IMG/VR virus record: IMGVR_UViG_3300020151_000849
Span: 1-24,897 of that record
Direction: 5' to 3' (one strand)
Origin: a virus
Taxonomy: Duplodnaviria > Caudoviricetes
Length of the DNA: 24,897 nt
Shown here in pieces: positions 19,401-24,897 of the stretch. The notes beneath the pieces are model-generated. The model saw only the letters and a program-made list of their open reading frames with translations. It had not been told where the DNA came from and made no database searches. The position numbers and the translations under genes were made by a program. Position 1 is the stretch's first letter, and each line of letters begins with the position of its first letter.

Positions 19401-22400
19401 CTTCCAGATATAGAAATCGAACCAGTAAATTGTGAAGCAATTGATGCGGTAAATGAACCATCCTCACCAAATGAAGATGTGAATGGAGTTAAAACTATAA
19501 ATCCATAATCAGGTGATACCGATGCGGTTACTGAACCTGATTTAATTTCAGATGATACTAATGCATCTTCAGTCAATGCTGAACGAGGTATATTTCTTAA
19601 ATATCTACCTTCACCAAAGAAATTAGAAGATGATTCAAGTAGTAATGCACCGCTTGTAGCGTACATATAAATACTACCAGTTATTTGCAAACTACCAGTG
19701 AATTGAGAACCACTATCTGCTGATTCTACTTTAAATCCAAAATTAGGTGCTACAGAAGCAGATACACTACCACTTGCTACACGGAATACTTCTTCTGATA
19801 ATGCGGAACGAGGTATATCAAACAATCCTCTACCACTACCACTATACATTGAAGCGGTTAAAGTTCCTTCTATTTTTGTTGCTCCAATAAATTTAATTTC
19901 GGCAGGTATTACTATTGCATCAACAAGATTAAATACACCAGCCATTGATGAATGTAATTGGCAATTATAATATAAAGTATCAGGTGAACCAGATGGTGGT
20001 GTAAATAAAATAATACCACTATCAGTACCATTATTTGTTACACCTGTATTATATGCATTAGCCGTACCATTTGATTGTACAGTTTTAATATAAAATGGAT
20101 GACCTGATGCATTTATGTTAAACACATGCTGAACTCCTCTTACTAAAGTTATTGTTGGGTTTGAACCTTGAACCGAACCACTAATTATATAAGCATTACT
20201 TCCATCGGCAGTTACATCATAAACAGGAAATAATGAAGATGTTAATACTTCTCTATTAGAAGATGATACTATAAAACTACCACTAAATTTAGAAAATGTA
20301 TTTACTTCAAATCCTTTATCAGGTGAAATTGATGCAGTTGCACTTCCACTAAATATTTTTGTAGAATCAATTGCTAAATTAGCAAGTGAAATGTTAGAAA
20401 GGTATCTACCATCTCCAACAAAATAAGAACCACTTGTAGATGTTACATCACCCCTTACAATAAGACTTCCACTTATATCTACCGAACCAGTAAATTCAGA
20501 ACCACTATCAGCTGATTTTACAACGAATCCAAAATTAGGAGATACAGATGCAGTTACCGAACCAGATTTAATTTCGGTTGATATAAGTGCATCCTCACTT
20601 AAAGCATTCCTAGGAATATTTCTTAAATAAGTACCTTCTCCAAAATATGCGGATGATGAACCTAATACTAATGCCCCAGATGTTGCGGTTACAAATAAAC
20701 TACCAGTTATTGCTACACTACCAGTAATTCTAGAACCACTTTGAGCAGAATCTACAATAAATCCTCTATTTGGTATTGCAGATGCTGTTACACTACCACT
20801 TGCAATTCTAAATAATTCTTCAGAAAGTGCTGAGAATGGAATGTCTGTCAATCCAGCACCACTACCGCTAAATACAGAAGCGGATACTCCCATTCTGAAT
20901 CTAGCACTTCCACTAACTGATAAACTTCCACTAATCGCAGAACCACTTGTTACGGAATTAACAACAAATCCAAAGTTAGGTGAAACTGATGCAGTTACAC
21001 TACCACTAAAGATTTTTGATGTATCTAAATCAGAAATAGCTGCAACCGGTATATCAAATAAATTTCTACCACTACCAGAATAAGATGAGCCTGATGCTAA
21101 GAATACACCACCTCCACTTATAAATAAACTTCCACTAAATCTAGAACCACTTGTTATAGATTCAACTTTAAATCCAAAATTAGGTGATACAGACGCAGTT
21201 ACACTACCACTTGCTATTAAACTAATATCAAATGATAGTGCCGAACGAGGTATATCATAAAGGAATCTACCACTACCAGAGTAAGATGACCCAGATTCTA
21301 AAAATATACCACCACCAGTAATAAATAATGAACCTGTAAATCTAGAACCAAATTCAGATGATACTACTTTAAATCCTTCAAATTCAGGATTTACCGATGC
21401 TGTTACAGACCCACTTGCTATTTTTGTAGATACCAAAGATGGTACGTTTCTTAATCCACTACCATCTCCTTGAAATGAACCAGAGAAAGAACCACTAAAT
21501 GCAAATGCTTTTACACTACCACTTACATCAATACTACCAGTAAATTGAGAACCAATCGCTGAACCTGTTCTGTCAGTTTCTACTCTAAAACCGTGATTTG
21601 GTGATACCGATGCCGTTATTGAACCGGATGCTATTCTTGATGCATCTCCAGTAAATGCTGAACGAGGTATATTGAATAATCCACCACCATCACCTTGTAT
21701 AAATGAACCACTAAATGAACCAGTAAATTCTCTTGCTCTTACATAATCTCTTACATATAATCCACCACTAATTCCAGTATTTCCTTCAAATAAAATTCTA
21801 TCTTGTAAATACAAATTATCAACTATACTCATTGATGCTCCCATCGATGAATGGAATTGGCAATTGTAATACAATAAATCAGGTGAACCAGATGGTGGTG
21901 TAAAATAAATAGAACCACTATCTTCACCATTATTTACAACACCTTCGGTGTATTGAGCACCTGTTCCAGTTGTTGCTGATGTTTTTATGTAAAATGGATG
22001 ATTTGGTGCGTTTACTTCAAATTGATATGTTACACCTCTAACTAAAGTTAATAAAGGATTTTGACCAGATGCAGCCCCATCAAAAGTATATGCCGATGTA
22101 CCAAGATTTGTTACATAAAAATAATTTGGTATTGAAGATGTTGCTAATGGTTCTGCTGATGATGATACTACAAAACTACCACTAATAGTTGAACGAGTAT
22201 TAACTCTAAATCCAAAATCAGGATTAATAGATGCAGTATATGAACCAGAGAATATTAAAGATGTATCTAAATCAGAAATTGCTGTTTTAGGAATATTAAA
22301 TAATCTAAAACCACTACCACTAAAAGAGCCAGAAGATAATTCAATACCACTACCAGTTACAAATAAAGAACCAGTAAATTGTGAACCACTTTCAACTGAA

Positions 22401-23767
22401 ATTACTTGGAATCCTCTTTGTGGAGATACTGATGCTGTGATTGAACCAGTTTGAATTCTCGTTGCTGCTACAACTTCTTCAGCTAATGCAGATAATGGTA
22501 TATCAAATAATCCAGCACCACTTCCAGAATATATAAATCCATTTTGAAGTTGTATATTACCACTTACAAATAATGAACCGCTAAATTTAGAACCGCTTGT
22601 TACAGATGTCACAACAAATCCAAAATTAGGAGATACAGAAGCTGTTACACTACCACTTTTTATTTCTACCGATATTAGTGCATCTTCAGTAAGTGCATTT
22701 CTAGGAATATTTCTTAAATAAGTACCCTCACCATAATAAGCAGATGAAGAACCTAATATTAACGAACCAGAAGTTGCTATAATTTCTAAACTACCACTAA
22801 TAGAAACCGAACCAGTAAATTCCGAACCACTTTGAGCGGATTTTACAACAAATCCAAAGTTAGGGGAAACTGAAGCTGTTACACTACCACTTTTAATTTC
22901 AGTTGATATTAATGCATCTTCGGTTAGTGCCGAACGAGGTATTTCTCTAAGATATTTACCTTCACCATAATAAACCGAACCTGTTGCTAATTGTATAGAA
23001 CCACTATATGGATTTATAAACAAACTTCCACTTATATCAACACTTCCGGTAAATTGAGAACCAGTACCTATCGATTCTACTTTAAATCCAAATTGTGGTG
23101 ATACTGAAGCAGTTATTGAACCGGATGCTAATTTTGTTGCTTCAGGTAAGTTAAATAAATTTCTACCATCTCCAAAGAAAGAACCTGTAAATGAACCTGT
23201 AATTGATTGAGATGCAGTTATATCATTTACGATAATAGATGAACTAACTAATACCGAACCAGTAAATTGTTGTCTATCGGTATAATTGTCACCAAAAATA
23301 TTAGAACCAGATGAATATATTACAGATGATGATACATACGATACAATTATACTTTCCGCATAAATTGTATCATCAACATAAAGGTCTCCTTGAATTCTAG
23401 CATTTGTATTAACAAACAAATCACCTTCCTTAAACGATGCAGTTGCTGAACCACTTGCTATAAATGTTGCTGCTGGTAAGTTGAATAAATCTCTACCATC
23501 TCCAAAATATGAACCAGTAAATGAACCAGTAAATGAACCAGTAAATGCTCCAGTTGCTCTATCTAAATCTAAACTACGAACAAATCCTCTATTTCCCTGG
23601 TCATCCGAAACTACGATAGCCGGGTTAGTTAATAATGAAGCTGAGAAATTAGGAACACCTAAATTTGGTTCAGCTTGGGATAAATCCAAAAACTGATACC
23701 TTTCTGATGTTACATTTTTAGGTGAAACTACCCTTACCCTTCCTGTTAATAGATTACTAATTGCCAT
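13409..23767 (-). CDS. Giant repetitive tail fibre / virion structural protein (3452 aa)
   Basis: N-terminal GRVRVV...RYQFLDLSQAEPNLG resembles myovirus fibre-anchoring N-termini. It has ~22 repeats of 60-80 aa, two cupredoxin-like inserts, an HNLG..YP.VQVY domain and a ~1000-aa Gly-X-X tract. The C-terminal TLDLSTANNF...ITWP..IDWVGGT.P.LT..GTDVLTF domain is common at phage fibre tips. Confidence 0.9.
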   Translation of the reverse strand: MAISNLLTGRVRVVSPKNVTSERYQFLDLSQAEPNLGVPNFSASLLTNPAIVVSDDQGNRGFVRSLDLDRATGAFTGSFTGSFTGSYFGDGRDLFNLPAATFIASGSATASFKEGDLFVNTNARIQGDLYVDDTIYAESIIVSYVSSSVIYSSGSNIFGDNYTDRQQFTGSVLVSSSIIVNDITASQSITGSFTGSFFGDGRNLFNLPEATKLASGSITASVSPQFGFKVESIGTGSQFTGSVDISGSLFINPYSGSIQLATGSVYYGEGKYLREIPRSALTEDALISTEIKSGSVTASVSPNFGFVVKSAQSGSEFTGSVSISGSLEIIATSGSLILGSSSAYYGEGTYLRNIPRNALTEDALISVEIKSGSVTASVSPNFGFVVTSVTSGSKFSGSLFVSGNIQLQNGFIYSGSGAGLFDIPLSALAEEVVAATRIQTGSITASVSPQRGFQVISVESGSQFTGSLFVTGSGIELSSGSFSGSGFRLFNIPKTAISDLDTSLIFSGSYTASINPDFGFRVNTRSTISGSFVVSSSAEPLATSSIPNYFYVTNLGTSAYTFDGAASGQNPLLTLVRGVTYQFEVNAPNHPFYIKTSATTGTGAQYTEGVVNNGEDSGSIYFTPPSGSPDLLYYNCQFHSSMGASMSIVDNLYLQDRILFEGNTGISGGLYVRDYVRAREFTGSFSGSFIQGDGGGLFNIPRSAFTGDASRIASGSITASVSPNHGFRVETDRTGSAIGSQFTGSIDVSGSVKAFAFSGSFSGSFQGDGSGLRNVPSLVSTKIASGSVTASVNPEFEGFKVVSSEFGSRFTGSLFITGGGIFLESGSSYSGSGRFLYDIPRSALSFDISLIASGSVTASVSPNFGFKVESITSGSRFSGSLFISGGGVFLASGSSYSGSGRNLFDIPVAAISDLDTSKIFSGSVTASVSPNFGFVVNSVTSGSAISGSLSVSGSARFRMGVSASVFSGSGAGLTDIPFSALSEELFRIASGSVTASAIPNRGFIVDSAQSGSRITGSVAITGSLFVTATSGALVLGSSSAYFGEGTYLRNIPRNALSEDALISTEIKSGSVTASVSPNFGFVVKSADSGSEFTGSVDISGSLIVRGDVTSTSGSYFVGDGRYLSNISLANLAIDSTKIFSGSATASISPDKGFEVNTFSKFSGSFIVSSSNREVLTSSLFPVYDVTADGSNAYIISGSVQGSNPTITLVRGVQHVFNINASGHPFYIKTVQSNGTANAYNTGVTNNGTDSGIILFTPPSGSPDTLYYNCQLHSSMAGVFNLVDAIVIPAEIKFIGATKIEGTLTASMYSGSGRGLFDIPRSALSEEVFRVASGSVSASVAPNFGFKVESADSGSQFTGSLQITGSIYMYATSGALLLESSSNFFGEGRYLRNIPRSALTEDALVSSEIKSGSVTASVSPDYGFIVLTPFTSSFGEDGSFTASIASQFTGSISISGSLFVNDVSGGVFIESSSLLYAEGTYLRNIPRSALTEDALISTEIKSGSVTASVTPDEGFRVITPFTQSQVGSQFTGSIEVSGSIRATEFLFGDGRFITNVQAAAAPLIASGSATASVASGDTFQVITSATGSGQSVQFGARFTGSVDISGSVQAQFILGDGRFITNVVAAAAPFIASGSATASVASGDTFIVTTSATGSQYGSRITGSVDVSGSVKAFTFIGDGSQLTNVQAAASPLIASGSATASVASGERFIVTTAPASGSYQSQFTSSVAISGSLTASLFIGDGGGLFNIPPDAIENLELVKINSGSGVAIIDPTKLDVNVPITAARYDGDGSGLFNIPPEALDDLKIDRIQSGSVEAVISPNKGLQIGTRTFVSGNLSVTGSLFVSGGNIVANSGSVFFGDGSGLRNINIANLSFETFILKSGSATASISPDNGFVVNTSSFVWGNSYVDGNLRANVITGSSKIFSPLVSGSFLGTYNFQGVGPTASAEYDILRFDEARGYFIPQPETSITETVAFNNVSTLTIVHNLGIRYPVVQVYATGSEDQIIPGTVKSIDEDTIQLIFAGLTSGHVVIGSGGSLINGTINGDRVFGTVLSASHAVRADIADAVTGFDSASLSALSASLSNANAYVRNDQTSSMAVFSAVSSSYALTASYALNSSGGTELFIYHTGSLVKSQTAKINFSGSGVDVISSGSDGVLVTINGGAAQSSETASYVLSSDVDGPLGMDSISFARTASYALFALNTPSSDTSSFLNINTNQTINASLTISGSLGVSGSVAFSSSVQLFSLPSGSANEVVVWDPITKRLAYRNVAAAVGSSGTGGTSGFDGSSGSSGTSGSSGSSGIDGSSGSSGSSGSSGTSGVDGTSGSSGSSGSSGSSGSSGSSGSSGTSGSSGSSGTSGSSGSSGSSGTTGSSGSSGSSGSSGSSGSSGSSGTSGSSGSTGSAGTSGSSGSSGSSGTSGSGGTSGTSGSSGSSGSSGTTGSDGTSGTSGSSGTSGTSGTSGSSGTSGTSGSSGTSATSGTSGTAGTSGSSGSTGTGGTSGTSGTSGSSGSSGSGGTSATAGTGGTSGTSGTSGSSGSGGSSGTSGAAGTSGTSGTSGSSGEAGTSGTSGTSGTSGSSGTAGTSGSSGSSGTTGSSGTSGSSGTSGEDGTSGSSGSSGSSGTTGSDGTSGSSGSSGSSGSSGTSGSSGTSGSSGSTGSSGTSGSSGTAGSSGVDGTSGTSGSSGSSGSSGTTGSDGTSGSSGSSGTDGSSGSAGSSGSSGTSGSAGSSGSAGSSGSAGTSGTTGTSGSSGTAGSSGTDGSSGSAGSTGSAGSSGTDGTTGSSGSSGSSGTSGVDGTSGTDGSSGSSGSTGTDGTSGTTGSSGTTGSYGTSGTSAVDGTSGTDGSSGSSGSTGTDGTSGTTGSSGTTGSDGTSGIDGTSGTSGTNGTSGSSGSSGSSGSSGSSGSAGTSGLDGTYFGSSGSSGTSGTSGSSGSSGTNGTSGSSGLDGTFFGSSGTSGETGTSGTSGTSGSSGSSGSSGTSGLDGTFFGSSGSSGSSGTGGTSGVDGTSGVDGTSGSSGSSGSSGLDGTFFGSSGTSSSSGSSGSSGISGTSGTSGSSGSSGTSGLDGTFFGSSGTSSTSGTSGSTGTGGSSGTGGTSGTSGSSGTSGLDGTFFGSSGTSSTSGSSGTGGTSGSSSTSGTSGTSGSSGTSGLDGTFFGSNGTSGSSGTNGSTGTAGTSGSTGTNGTSGTSGASGTSGLDGTFFGSSGVNGTSGIDGAPGEAGTSGTSGTTPPNFTSGTSGTGGSNGINGTFFGTSGSSGTSAIGVTSGTTGTSGISGTSGTSPAEFTSGTSGFGSSGTSAFASISGITDNGVITLEGTSPNVRVESNMTFDGSTLSVTGNVVVTTSVAATTFRETYSDQGTGGSVTLDLSTANNFRRQFNGSATISFSNAPASNAFGFTFVMINAGTYSITWPGSIDWVGGTSPILTSTGTDVLTFFTFNGGTSYYGFVVGKNLS
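13880..16945 (-). repeat. ~1000-aa Gly-X-X Ser/Thr tract, with nine GT(F/Y)FG register breaks (eight preceded by GLD) in its distal third
   Basis: Direct reading of the translation; 9-nt degenerate periodicity (ccagaagtt/ccagatgaa/ccactactt on +). Confidence 0.95.
19920..20225 (-). other. Cupredoxin-like domain 2 with putative type-1 copper site
   Basis: TITLVRGVQHVF...GHPFYIK...LYYNCQLHSSMAGVFNLV; His 20099-20101, Cys 19961-19963, Met 19943-19945. Confidence 0.7.
21820..22125 (-). other. Cupredoxin-like domain 1 with putative type-1 copper site
   Basis: LLTLVRGVTYQF...NHPFYIK...LYYNCQFHSSMGASMSIV; His 21998-22000, Cys 21860-21862, Met 21842-21844. Confidence 0.7.
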
Positions 23768-23787
23768 TCTTTACTTTCCAGCTTTTT

Positions 23788-23816
23788 TATAAATATAATG
23801 AATCCCTTATAAATAT
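23788..23816 (-). promoter_or_regulatory. Two ATATTTATA motifs (23788-23796, 23808-23816) upstream of the 3452-aa gene
   Basis: Tandem exact copies 20 nt apart, 20 and 40 nt before the ATG. Confidence 0.55.
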
Positions 23817-23834
23817 TACCCAATGATAATATCG

Positions 23835-24758
23835 TTATTCATTTGCACTTTCAAGCAAAGAAAGAATCACACTTAAGTCAGTTGAACCCGAAACAATGAA
23901 TCCATATCCTTCTTCCAACACTAATTTACCACTTACAACAGGTGAAAGTGAATCGGCTGATGGTATGGTTACATTTGTTACTAATTTTATAGCTGGTTGT
24001 GCTACTAAATTAGGATTTTCTATTGTATCTCGTATAACACCCAATAATTCGGTTATAACAAAATTAGAACCACTCCATGCAGAACCGCTTATTGCAAGAG
24101 TTGAATCAAATGATTGAGTTACTGATGTTTGATATAATCTACCAATTTCAGATGAACCTGTTACTGATTGATTTTTTATAATCTGTCCTGCTAATTTTCC
24201 AATATAATCTAAAGCAAATAAAGATGATGAATATTCTTCATCGTAAAAAGTCTTTATAGTATTTACACCATTTTTTGAAAAATAATTTCTAGCTTCCTTA
24301 TCTGTTCTAATTGTTTTTGAATTTGCTATATCGTATGAAACTGCATCAGTTGCTCCTAATGCATAATCCTCAAAACGAGAAGATACAAAAGTAAATGGAG
24401 TTTCTTGCAAATTATTTTGGAATGATGTATATGCTGCTACTTCTTTACGAATAAATTGTCTATTCAAAGTAAGAAGGGCTGATGCACTATCAAAACTTCC
24501 ACTAATATTTTCTAAAGATGTAGAACCGGTATAAAAAGATGAACTAATATAAAGTCCTTCAAATGATGGTACAGGCAATTCTCTATTTGATGTTACAAAA
24601 ATAGTCACAGGTTGTGTAACAAAACTATTATTTGTAATTTGAGCTGATAGCACAATTGATGATACACCCAATGGTGTTACATATATTTCATCTTCTTCAC
24701 CAGTCAGATTTGTTACAACTGACTGAAATCGATTTAACGGTACAAAAACTTCTGCCAT
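23835..24758 (-). CDS. Phage virion protein (307 aa), paralog of the 110-aa protein with a large insertion
   Basis: The N-terminal IYVTP.GVSSIVLSAQITN and C-terminal IP..DSL....GKLVLEEG....VS.....VILSLLES align by eye with the two halves of the 110-aa protein. Confidence 0.78.
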   Translation of the reverse strand: MAEVFVPLNRFQSVVTNLTGEEDEIYVTPLGVSSIVLSAQITNNSFVTQPVTIFVTSNRELPVPSFEGLYISSSFYTGSTSLENISGSFDSASALLTLNRQFIRKEVAAYTSFQNNLQETPFTFVSSRFEDYALGATDAVSYDIANSKTIRTDKEARNYFSKNGVNTIKTFYDEEYSSSLFALDYIGKLAGQIIKNQSVTGSSEIGRLYQTSVTQSFDSTLAISGSAWSGSNFVITELLGVIRDTIENPNLVAQPAIKLVTNVTIPSADSLSPVVSGKLVLEEGYGFIVSGSTDLSVILSLLESANE

Positions 24759-24782
24759 TTTATTTTATCTTTTATTTTCTTT

Positions 24783-24897
24783 TTATATTTGAAGTGCCAA
24801 TGAGAACGGAGTTACTAATGAGAATAGAGATTTACTAAATGTTCTACCCACAAGAGTACCAGTTGCCTGATTAATACTTAAACCAGTACCAATTCTA
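24783..24897 (-). CDS. C-terminal end of a phage structural protein (partial; not in the ORF track)
   Basis: Manual translation gives RIGTGLSINQATGTLVGRTFSKSLFSLVTPFSLALQI* (TAA at 24783-24785). This resembles the conserved C-terminus (INQ.TGT..GR.F.KSLF...TPF.LAL) of myovirus baseplate/fibre structural proteins. Confidence 0.75.
   Translation of the reverse strand, partial: RIGTGLSINQATGTLVGRTFSKSLFSLVTPFSLALQI

Larger units (their letters stand above)
18050..23480 (-). repeat. ~22 tandem degenerate repeats (G.G..L.NIP.SAL....I.SGS.TASVSP.FGF.V....GS.FTGS..ISGS)
   Basis: Counted by eye from the SGS.TAS.P..GF anchor; period about 60-80 aa. Confidence 0.88.

Overview
AT-rich segment of a large tailed (contractile, myovirus-type) bacteriophage genome. 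All credible genes are on the minus strand and encode virion and tail parts. In transcription order (right to left): the C-terminal end of a structural gene, a 307-aa beta-sandwich-type virion protein, a 3452-aa giant fibre, a PKD+LRR putative adhesin, a tail-fibre chaperone, 93-aa and 110-aa small virion proteins, a 2692-aa giant fibre with a C-terminal peptidase-S74 autochaperone, three small fibre-associated proteins, and a tail sheath gene. The sheath gene is split by a -1 frameshift near position 633 and runs off the window edge. Main points of interest: (1) two cupredoxin-like domains with complete type-1 copper ligand sets (H...C-x2-H-x2-M) inserted 633 aa apart in the 3452-aa fibre; (2) very long, almost proline-free Gly-X-X (X=Ser/Thr) tracts bracketed by homologous caps in both giant fibres; (3) a pervasive [S/T]-G-S motif in proximal virion proteins; (4) an ATATTTATA motif, the reverse complement of the T4 late promoter plus one base, in every longer intergenic gap. 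A-rich leaders mostly lacking Shine-Dalgarno sequences suggest a Bacteroidota host (inference). The plus-strand Pro/Glu-rich ORFs are shadows of the repeats. Family assignments are from motif recognition only; no searches were run.
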